This document shows positions 53,437 through 64,000 of a stretch of DNA of 64,000 nt, in pieces. The stretch is from Chrysomallon squamiferum (taxonomy: Eukaryota; Animalia; Mollusca), in NCBI GenBank assembly GCA_012295275.1, contig CM022670.1, forward strand, positions 31,062,001 through 31,126,000, in the 5' to 3' direction. Each line of letters starts with the position of its first letter. Within the stretch, counting starts at the first letter, position 1. A program made the translations under genes and the position numbers. The notes under the pieces were generated by a model, which made no database searches, had not been told where the DNA came from, and worked only from the letters and a program-made list of their open reading frames with translations.

Positions 53437-55640
53437 GTATGTGTGTGTACGAACATATATAAAACCCTAAACACATTATACACACATATATGCGTACATA
53501 CTTAATTATATACATACGTACATACATAGAGAGAGACACACATACATCTTAAGTACGTTCGTACATAAATACACACTAAAAATGCATGCATACATGTACA
53601 TACTTGCATACATACATACATTTGTACATAAATGCATACATACACAAACATACATACAGAAAGATAGAGAGATACACATATACACAATACATCCATGCAT
53701 ATTCGTACTGACAGATAAATATACTTGTACAAAAGGACACTATTTTTAGCTGACAATGAATAAAATGCAGAACAAATTCAGACTGTAGAATAAATATATT
53801 ATTTAAGATATCTAAGCAAGTTACCTGCAATAGAAAAACTATCAAATAATAGTTCATTGTTAGCTTTGTTAAGATGTATCTTTCAGACGATACAGGTCGT
53901 TTATTAATCTATGTATTTTGTTAAGCGAAAAGGAAGGATCCAATCCATAAAGGAATGTGAGATGCACCATTATTGTAGTTGATATGTCTTCATCGAAGTA
54001 ATTTCGAAGAAATCAGTTTTCATTATAAACTATAAAATAAATGATTATATATATTTGCTTATAAAACAGGCCGACTAAGATTATTTCGTTTTTAATGTAA
54101 ACACTAACATCAGTGATAGGAATACAGAAATGACTAACTTACGGAGAATTATTGAATTAAAATAAGTTTATAGTTAGGCCACTTAAAATAAATTCTTGTT
54201 TAGCGTCCACCCATTTTAATTTAACCAAGAATTTTTATTTTATATGTAGAATGTCAATGTACAAGAAGAAGAAAACTAACCACGGTATTCATGGTCAGAA
54301 GGCATGTTAAGAAAATACATAAGACATAGACACTTTCTATCTAGAAATTTCCACCTAGCTTGTAACAATTATTACCAGATAATGATGGACAAGAAAACAA
54401 ATGGCGTCATTGTTAATACGTAGGCACAACTAGTACATCTTTTGTTTGACAGATCCGCTGTCGTCAGGATATCGTGATGAAGATAATGAGAGCTTGCGCA
54501 GTCACTAAAATAGGCAGGACAGAAATACGATGCTTTTATATTGTTCAACATTTTAGCTGAAGGGTTTTTCAAAAATAAAAAATAAAATTTATTTGAGGTC
54601 GGGAACGTTTCTCATCTCGGGCAGTGGTTACTAAATAAGTATATGTATGTAATTTAAGTTTAAAAAACAACAATAAATGATTGGTAAACATACAACATTG
54701 AAGTTGATTCTTTTTTCTATCAAATATTCAAATTATATATATATATATGTTTAATTATATTTAATTAATGTCACGCGGCCCACACCATAAAACATCTTGG
54801 ATGTTATATTAAGGCTCAGCCTAGGATAACAAGATCCTTTAATGGCCACATAACAAGGAATATAAACGCTAAATTGACAGCAATCTACATAAATCAATAA
54901 TCCTATCTATCCGCTAGAGAAATAAACACAACACATGTTAAGGTACGAGTTAATTATTTAATTATAATATACAGGTGACTTGATAATAATACACTACACA
55001 ATCGATAAAAGATATATTTAAGTAATTTTGATTAATGTTACTGACACAGGTTAATTGCACATTACATCCTATCAAAATAAGTTAACAATTGCTTACCATA
55101 CTCGTCCATAAAGACAATGTCATTCAAAAACATTAGTTCCCTGCCTAACATTAGTTAAATACCAAGTGACAGCCCTTTTAAAACAACGCCACAGAGTTGA
55201 AACATTGGCGGAAAAAATAAAAAGTGCTGATGTGATTGAAGTAACAATAAGTTATGCAATTTAAATTCCATGGCATAAAAATAAACAGGCGGATGTTACG
55301 CAATCTGAATTCCATGACAATATATATATATGTATATTATTGTTATTATTTTTTTTCTGGCCTTATGTCGACACTAAAAGTAAAGAGCGGCGATAAAGGG
55401 TCACGACTCCATTGCGGGTATTAACCTAATATTAACGGATGACTGTTTGTTATTATTATTATATTTCCCACCCATTCCCAGATAGTGTTACTAACATGAT
55501 CTGAAAACATTTCTTTTGTGCACTGTATTGTCTGGCGTCTATGATATCCTGTTTGACGTGTATATGTAAATCACGTGATAATACATTTTCCCTTTTCATT
55601 AGTAACTACATCTATTTAATGCCTTTAGGTTATAATTTTG

Positions 55641-55642
<2 letters not shown>

Positions 55643-55720
<78 letters not shown>

Positions 55721-55748
55721 ATATATATATATATATGTGTGTGTGTGT
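55643..55748. repeat. Compound (TC)n-(TA)n-(GT)n microsatellite
   Basis: Directly visible. Many similar CA/TA/TAA/TATG runs occur throughout the window (e.g. ~52655-52710, ~53395-53430, ~59083-59124). Confidence 0.97.
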
Positions 55749-57170
55749 GATTCTCTTTCTCGTCCTTTGCTCGTTTATCCCTCTCTCTGTCTGACTGCGT
55801 CCGTGCGTTTTTTTTTTGCCTGTATTCATTTACTTTTTCATTTATTCAGTGACGAATTTATTTACGTATTTAATCACTTACAGTTTCGATATAATACTGT
55901 AGCAACAATGTTTATAATTTTTATACATTTCTCATTTTCTTTTTACTTCAAATAATATCTCCGTGTATAATTTCAATTGACATTTTAAAACTCAATATAT
56001 TTTAAGGTGTAATGGCTAAGTCAAAAAAATAATTAATGATACAACATTTGAAGTTGATTCTTTTTTCTGTCAAATATTCAAACTGAAATAACTTAATATT
56101 TCTATTATTATTTTAATCATATTATATTTTTTGATGTTTTTTGCTTATTTATTTTTTAAATTATTGATTACTATTTAATAATAATAATAATAAGACAAAA
56201 TTAACATAAGTTAAAATTAACAGTTCAGAAAAGTTAACAAATTTGATAAAAAAAATTAAATTGTGACATTTTATAAATTTATTTGTGTTATACATCGAAT
56301 ATATTATATTAAGCATATAATATATCTAGGAAGAAATAAAAGAACTATTAAAAATGTACAAAATATAAGATTATCTAAATTTAAATAATACTGCACACAA
56401 ACGCGCGCACACGCACTCACTACACAAACACATTCATACAAAAACACACACACAAACTAAATTTCACCGGTATCTTTTATTTTAAGTTAAATTTACGTTA
56501 TATAATATAATAACATAAATAAAATATTTTAACATTCTAAATGCCGGATATGTATGTCTAGCAATATTTAGCAAATCTGTTCAAAGCTATCGAATTATTA
56601 CTAAACACATCTACATACCTTTCTTTAATCTGCAAACAAATAAATAAACTGTACTTAAAGCTAAATCAAGTCACACAGTATAAAGATTGTTTGAGTCATC
56701 AGCACCATTCATGTATCTTCGTACATATTATCACAGCTCAAACTGCTTATTAAAATCTGTGACTAGTCAATAGCACTGCTACATTGTTCATTTTTTTGTT
56801 ACAAATTACCATAATGTTTTCATGTTTCATCCATGATCATATGTGTGCATCCGTATTCACAGGTGTTCTTCCCTTACATCGCTGCATTCCAACAGTTTTA
56901 GAGTTGATTAAATGTGTCAGTTAATTCACAATGAAAGCACTATTATTTTTTCTACGTTTATATTACTCAGTGGCAATGTTTCATTCATATTTATTTTTGG
57001 ATTTGTAATCATCATTCTGCCTCTGATTATCACTGGCAAATACTCGATTATTCGGACTTTTTTTCCCTTTCTTTTTTTCAGGCATGGAATTTGTTGTCAT
57101 GTTTTGGAAGACAATTCTATTCGACCTTCATTAAATGTTTACAATATATAAACCATACTATGAAACTGTA

Positions 57171-57554
57171 TCAAGTCGGTTGGTCTGCAATATGCTTGCT
57201 AAATTGTACCACCTCATATATACAAGATCCCGGTGCCTCGGGATCCGACACGCCTACGACAATGAATTTCTCACTTCTGTGTGCCACCAAAATGTAATCT
57301 TCCGTGCGACCGACTATCGTTCCATTGCTGTTGTGCGTAAAACACGTGAAAATGCCTTCTGAAAATGTTAGTTTGGTCAGAGCCGGGTAAGTACTTGATA
57401 TAGCTTTCAAAAGACTCGAAGCGTCACCAGAGGAAACTTTCCATTCTTGAGTAGAAGCAACAATTTGTCCATCAAGACTAATGATAGCCGCGTTTTCAAC
57501 CTTTCCTCGTTTCACCAATCCTCGTAACAAATCGTTCCATCTTCTTTCTTTCAT
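57171..57554 (-). CDS. Profilin-family protein (divergent, 127 aa, single coding exon)
   Basis: Profilin length and pattern: N-terminal W (RWNDLL), VENAAIISLDGQIVAS, late beta strands ILVAHRSEKFIVVGV, C-terminal helix PGSCIYEVVQFSKHI. TATAAAT on the minus strand at ~57661-57667. Confidence 0.8.
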   Translation of the reverse strand: MKERRWNDLLRGLVKRGKVENAAIISLDGQIVASTQEWKVSSGDASSLLKAISSTYPALTKLTFSEGIFTCFTHNSNGTIVGRTEDYILVAHRSEKFIVVGVSDPEAPGSCIYEVVQFSKHIADQPT

Positions 57555-58159
57555 GGCTGTAAAGTTCGGTTGATTTTGATTTTTATCTAATTTGACAAGT
57601 GATACTTCTTTTGCCTGTGAATGTATTTCTTTAAATGACGGCCCTGTAGGAAAGATTCTTATTTATAGCCGAGTAACAACACATTGCTTCAGGTGGGTTA
57701 CTTGCGTTCTCTGTGCACACTCACCTGTTGGTGGTTTTATCGATTGATTGGGCCACTAGCAGACGACAAATGGTGACCCGTGGAAGGTCATCTATAAATA
57801 AAGTGTACCGATAAAGATCGCTAAAAAGAAAACTGCACTCGTGCTTGTAACATAGGTTGTTTGGATAATGTACGTGTTTCACGGGATCATAATAAACACC
57901 CAGAGCGAAAACTACACTGTGTTTCAAGAAAGGCACCCTTTAACGTAAGAGGTTTTGTAGGTGACACATTTTCCACTAAGTAAAAATTAAATGACAACCA
58001 TAACAACAACAATAACAAATGAAGTCCAAATGCTTCAGATTTTCGATGTTTATTGCTCCACATTTAAAAAATATAGAAAATAAATAAATAAAAATATGAA
58101 AAGGTAACCAATTATTTTTAAAATGATAACTTTATGGAAAACAACAACAACATGAATGA

Positions 58160-58360
58160 CAGTGTTTAACACGACCTAAACACAGTTTATGTTACTAGTT
58201 ACTAGGTTACTGGGTGTTTTATACTGAAAGTATCAGAGAGGAAACACGCTACCACTACTGTAGTCTTCTCGATTAACAACAAGGAATTTTTTATACTTCA
58301 AATTCCAACAGACTGGAATGCAAATATCTTTTAAAAATCAGTCGTTAAGTACTAGCAGAA
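58160..58360 (-). mobile_element. Degenerate SINE-like fragment (Nin/Deu-domain type)
   Basis: GAGAGGAAACACGCT...TCGATTAACAACAAGGAATTTTTTATAC...CCAACAGAC resembles the recalled core of widespread gastropod SINEs. Recognised from memory only. Confidence 0.4.
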
Positions 58361-59079
58361 AGAAAAAGAATCAAAGTTTTAAAAATGTAACAGACTTTTT
58401 GTTACTAGTTCTAGCAGTGTTTGAAATGTAACGTTAAGAAATGAAACAGCACTGATGAACACAATAATGTTGACGTACTGCTCTAATTGTCAGTAAATAG
58501 GTAAATAGGTATGTAGTTCAGTGTAAATCTCATGTTAACGTTTAACTAAAGGCCCGAGTTATAATTTAAAGTACATTTTAAAAATATACTTTAAAATTAA
58601 TTCAGAAGTTTAACTTTTGTTGTTTTTTCTATTGCCTCTGCTGATGTTGTTGTTGATGCTGATACTCATGTTGTTGTTTTCACACTTCTTGTTGATTGTT
58701 TAACGACACCCCTACACAATATATATAAATAATTATATAATGACCATAATATATCAAGAAAAAAACACACACTTAGGCTGGAAGAAAATTGCCTTCTGGG
58801 CATTAGAATTAACTCTGACACTGTGAGTCAACAATCACCGACGTCAGTTGTAAAACATCACGAAACTGCGTGTTCTATAGACTGAGTAAAGAGTTGAAAA
58901 TGTCGTTTGCTAATTCATGACAGAAGAAAAAATATCCATTGACACACAGGTCGTGTGAGTGTAGAATCTAGTATAACACGATAACCCAGTTTCACATTTT
59001 TGAAGTCTTAATATTTACTTATGTTTGTATGTTTTATGCTGTGCCGAGCAGAAGTAACTACTTCATTACAAGTTAACGG

Positions 59080-59127
<48 letters not shown>

Positions 59128-60769
59128 CAAAAGAAACAACGATATAATCAAATACAACATTATTAAAATCTGAATATTTATTATAATTCGATGACATCAT
59201 TAGAATATAATACATATAAAAAATCATGAACACATTTACAAATAGAGCAACACAGCAAAAACACACAAAAGAAAGAAAGACGCACATTGTCGTTATTCTG
59301 TATAATACGATGTATGGTCATCTAGTGCGTTATGGGTTACTGACCTGGATGGTCAAAGGTAGCCTAATATCTGAAGTGGCTAAGGAACAACAAGAAAAAA
59401 TATATCCAGACAGGGGTGCGGATTTTCGGGTATTATTTACGAGGTGTATACTCTAGGGTCAAGAAGGTGTGTTTGCTAACAAAGTACCAACGCCAATGTG
59501 TGTAAGTGAAAAGAGCAGAATAATTAGCTGTTTAAATTAAGTCAACTAATCAAATGTTAAGTGTCTATAAAACATTTAAATAAACTTGATTTCTGTTGTT
59601 TGTTTGAAAGCTTAAAAACTATTCGTGTAAAACTTATATTTTCTTAGTCTTAATTGTATCCAGTGCCCTTTTATATCATGCGAGATGGACATAATTTTAT
59701 GTATAGATTTCGCAAAATTTGAGATAAGAATTAAAATGTGCATACAAAATGTTAGTTTTTGTGTTTTATTGTAAATGTTTTAGACCGTGCGAAGGAACGA
59801 TGAAAAATAATGTTAACGTCATTAGAAGAACGGCATCAAACAGCTGTATTCCTTTGTTAGGAAAAGATAAAAAAAAAAAAAAAAATTTCATATTACGTTA
59901 AACAAAGAAATGAAATACAAATATTACTATCATACGTTTGTCAAATTTGCGGCCGTTGACAGGCAGAGAAATTAATAAACTTATTTATCGAAATCTTTAT
60001 TTACTAATAATTAGGCACCTATTTATAATTTAAAGTTTCAGACAGAAAATATGTATTTGTTTGTTTATTTGTTCAATATACTTTTTTATTATTATATTAT
60101 TTTATATTAATTATTTTTCTTATCATTAGTAGAAAATTCATGAACATTAACAAAATATATAATGAAAAATCAAAACATATTAAAATAAAACGTGTTATTA
60201 TATCAGGCAAACATAATATAATGAATTTTCCTATTAAAATGCCCTGCAGATAAAACAAAATAACATCTCCGGCCCAAAATAACTGGACCATGAACAAACT
60301 GCATTCGTAGATACACCGCAGATACAGAGATTAAAATTAGACATATAAATCTATATACAGACAGAAAAAAAGACAAACAGATATACAAACAGAAAATAAG
60401 CAAATATATAAATAGATAGATGGATGGATGGATATAAATAAAAAATATTATAATACATACATACAAATATGCGGTCATCTAAGCAAACATATATACAAGT
60501 ACGTACATACAAATATGCATACTTACTTACCTGGACCCATACATACAAACACATAGACACATACAGGCATGCACATACAGACGCGCATACATACGTACAT
60601 ACACAAAGACACTCATGTACACATACACTTATATATGTATATGTATGTTAACACAATTTAAATACATTTTACAAAACCAGTTTATTTCGTTACATGCTCT
60701 TTTATTTTATTTTTATACAATATTTGTCATTTATAAATACATTTTTCTTATTTAAAAAACGTTACAAAA

Positions 60770-60900
60770 AATGGGGTTCTTTTTTGGTGGCTGGAACAGA
60801 TTAAAGGTATTTCAGTTAATTACAGTTGGGAACATTGATTTGATTTACGAGTAAATTGAGTTACGAGCTCGGTCACGGATTAAACTCGTAAGTCAAGGCT
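60770..60900 (+). mobile_element. Tigger/pogo-like terminal fragment
   Basis: GGCTGGAACAGATTAA...TTGAGTTACGAGCTCGGTCACGGATTAAACTCGTAAGTCAAGG resembles Tigger-family 3' subterminal sequence. Confidence 0.45.
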
Positions 60901-61059
60901 GGCTGTGTGTGCGTGTGTGTGTATTTGTACATATACATATATATACACACACACACATACATACATATATATATATGTGTGTGTGTGTGTATGTGTGTGT
61001 ACAAATATATATATACACATAAAAGAGCATGTAAAGAAATAAACTGGTTTTGTAAAGTG

Positions 61060-61480
61060 TATTTATCTTGGAGATCAGATAAATTGGGTTAACGCCTTTG
61101 GCTGGATTTGTAGCCTTTATCAACACCTGCTTCAGTATGGTACATATCGCAGAAGTACTATGCTTCTACTGCCTAGCCAAGCTGACTACAAGCATACTTT
61201 TTCTATGATTTCATGCTTTATTTCAATGAACATCATCCGATTCTTCTTCTCAGCACTGTCCTTTGCACTCACTGTCTTAGGATCCATGGTCAAAAAAAAA
61301 ATTGGCAAAAAACTGCACAAAATGCGAGCACAACACAACAGAGATGCTTCAACGGCGATAACCACGTAATGTAAACGAGTGAGACGCGGGATGCTGTGCG
61401 GATGTTGTATTGTTCGTTGCGCCAGCTATCGGCGGCGTATGTGAAGCTCGCTCGTAACTCAGATTCTGGCTCGCAACTCA
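61060..61480 (-). mobile_element. Tigger/pogo transposon 5' relic with a broken CENP-B-type HTH transposase N-terminus
   Basis: From ATG 61287: MDPKTVSAKDSAEKKNRMMFIEIKHEIIEK, then frameshifted STSAICTILKQ and IKATNPAKGV, typical of TIGD1/Tigger N-termini. Confidence 0.75.
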
Positions 61481-64000
61481 TTGCATATATATTTATGTAT
61501 GTATGTATTTAAAAATTATAGGATGCACTGGCAGGGGAAATTCTTTTATTAGTAAAAACATTAATTATTTTCTAATTTTATCTCTAGAGATTCGAGTTGA
61601 CTTAAAACTGATCATTGTAATATTTATTGCAGTGTGTTTTGGTCCTTTGTCTATATATTTATTATTTTGTTATCATATTTTAAAAACATTTATTTGCCTT
61701 CATAAAAGCTTTTAAAACAATATACAAAAGCGTTGAGACATGTTTACATTTCTAGAATAAAGCAGTACATTTCGAACAATTTAAACATTAAACAAAAAAA
61801 GTAACATTTAAAAAAATAAAATAAAATAAAAAATCATTCCATAAAATTCGTACAAAATGATATATTCTTTGAAAACATTTTAAATATTTCCGTTCCTTTT
61901 ATTGAATTAAATCCTTTGGATTCAGTTTTGAACCGAGAATGGGCGTTTGCTTTTGGGGATTATTTCAAAATGATATATGACCAGATAGGTTAAAATGTTT
62001 GGCGACAGGAATGTCAACTGTATGGCTAATATCGTATTTGTGACAAACAGTTTTAACTCGTAACATAATTTGTCTTTGGCCAACACACTGGGTTTTTTTT
62101 CTCCATAAGTTGCATGTTTTCAAATATACAACATTTTTGGAATCCCAGTCTAGGTTAGTTCGGATTTAATATTCACTTTTTGTTTTTTCACTTTTGAACG
62201 TAGACTGAGATTTTATTATGATCTGAAGGCTGCATTTTTCAAACTGCATACCTGTGTAAATTGTTACATCAAAAAAATCTACAGTTTGGTTTTAAATTTC
62301 CAAAATTTCCAAAATTAGTGTATCAATGGGAGTAACTAAAATGTTCTAGTCTGAGATTCAAATCGTGATGCTACACATAAATGTATGTCAATGTATGTAT
62401 GTGTGTATATATGTATATATGTGAATGTATGTATGTGTGTATTTATGTATGTATGTATGAATGTACGTATGTATGTATGTATGTATGTATATACGTACGT
62501 ACGTTTATATAGTGGATCTGTCAAAAACAAGTTTCACTTGGGACCAACCAGATTTGCGGTTTATAAAGATTAAAATGACATGAAATTGGAGTATGTTTTT
62601 CTTTTTATGAATGTTAAACGTCTATCGAGTGTCACATGTCCATTCAGATGTTTTGTTTTGATTTTTTACAGTGTAGGTGTCCAAGTTTTAAAATGTCAAA
62701 TACTGTCTGTTTTGTTTCCATTTCATCCAGCGATGATATGAACATACGTTGCGATCGGCCAGTATTATTTTCATCAGTTATATTTATTAATAAATCATGC
62801 GACCAACTACATGAGTAGCTGCAAAAATGCATTGTTTTGCTGTTGCGAGAGAGACTGACAATAAAGATAGTTCTTTTAAGTCCAGATTAACATAATGACT
62901 GTACAGAATCACATGAACAGTAAAGATTACAATTAACACGTGAACGTAAGTAGAGGTCCGAGGCAGGAGAAAGCAGGCTGCAAGTAATAGTAAACAAACA
63001 TAAGAATAAAACTTTTGTTAAGCAGTTTGATCACTTATGGCTTCAGTGTCTATGCAATATTTTGTAAAATGCCCATTTTATTATAAACAGAATATCGACG
63101 AATGCATGTAGATGGTTAATTTTATGTTTGTGAATATGCCTGGTGTTGTCTCATTTCGCCTTTACAAAATCTCACTTCGCCCTTGATGTATCCAGAGGGA
63201 GAATTAACTTCTCCCTATTTTCCCTAGCCCAGCGTAAACCCTGCATAGCTAAATCTTTCTGTTTACACAGTTTATTTGACTAAAATTCTTCTATTAATTT
63301 TGCTATAGAAAGTTCGATATGTTGCTATTAGTTAGGTCGTTCTGTCATCACGATTTATTCAACAAAATGTGCGCCATACGTATTTATGAAGACTTTCGCT
63401 CTTGACACTAAATCTAAATGAGAGAATTAATTCAGTTAGGTATCAACACATTCTAATAATAATCTTGATGAAGTATGACATCTTTATTGCAAATTGCCGC
63501 TGTTGTTTAAGAAGTGATTGTAATTTCAAAATTGTAAAATTGTGTGCCAGTGTTGACAAAACTAATTACTATACAATCTGTTGTTGCTGTGTTTTTTTTT
63601 GTTTTTTTTTGGTTGTTGTTTTTTTTATCTGGAATTTACACCCGAAATCCGAAGCAGAAAGTAATATGACTTTATTATCATAAACTATAGTAAAGGCCTA
63701 GTTTTACAGATTCCAGTGTGTGTATGTGAGTGTGTGTGTGTGTGTGTGTGTGTGGACAATTTTTTATATGTTATGAATGAATATGCAATGATATGTAATA
63801 ATTAAACACAACTGGGAGTACAGTGTCCTGCACACACAATGATTAATGTGTGATTTTGAACATGTCCTTTTTGGGCGCGCATATTAAAAATAAAATATCT
63901 GGGGGTCCTCGAAAGCATTTTATCTTTTTTAACTGCGAATATATATATTTATGTAACTGGCCTGCGATTAATATTTATTTATTTGAATGCTTCAGGCGGT

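Noticed and set aside
51778-55140. Scattered minus-strand exon-like segments (51778-51831, 54375-54504, ~55097-55140)
   Set aside because: Splice-like signals exist, but I could not chain them into a consistent open frame or recognise a product.
52517-63683. Numerous low-complexity ORFs (poly-I/M, YIYI, CVCV, SLSL, ERER)
   Set aside because: Translations of microsatellites and AT-rich sequence.
1-64000. CRISPR arrays, rRNA, tRNA or prokaryotic operons
   Set aside because: No regularly spaced repeat-spacer array or recognisable structural RNA was seen, and the gene architecture is spliceosomal. A tRNAscan-SE/Infernal run would be needed to exclude small RNAs.

Overview
AT-rich, microsatellite-laden animal genomic DNA with spliceosomal genes; the gene and repeat content suggests a mollusc or other lophotrochozoan (inference). 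From left to right it holds: (1) a minus-strand large lipid transfer protein gene (apolipophorin/apoB/LTP type) with 26 exons in the window (3761 codons, one 5.46-kb exon) that runs off the left edge and carries Tc1 and hAT-like relics in introns; (2) a complete minus-strand SPATA6-family gene with an apparent mutually exclusive exon pair and an intronic Sola2 transposon; (3) an 8.2-kb near-perfect palindrome (43153-51384, ~4.1-kb arms, 15-nt spacer); (4) an intronless profilin-like ORF plus SINE-like and Tigger relics. Each palindrome arm holds one full copy of a 9-exon gene, invisible in the ORF track, for a ~449-aa secreted protein I cannot assign to a family. The two copies are head-to-head, each with its own TATA promoter, and the apex has nested hairpins and a templated spacer. 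The palindromic gene pair is the best candidate for something undescribed, but an assembly artefact must be excluded first. All exon models were built by hand from splice signals and frame continuity; no database searches were run.
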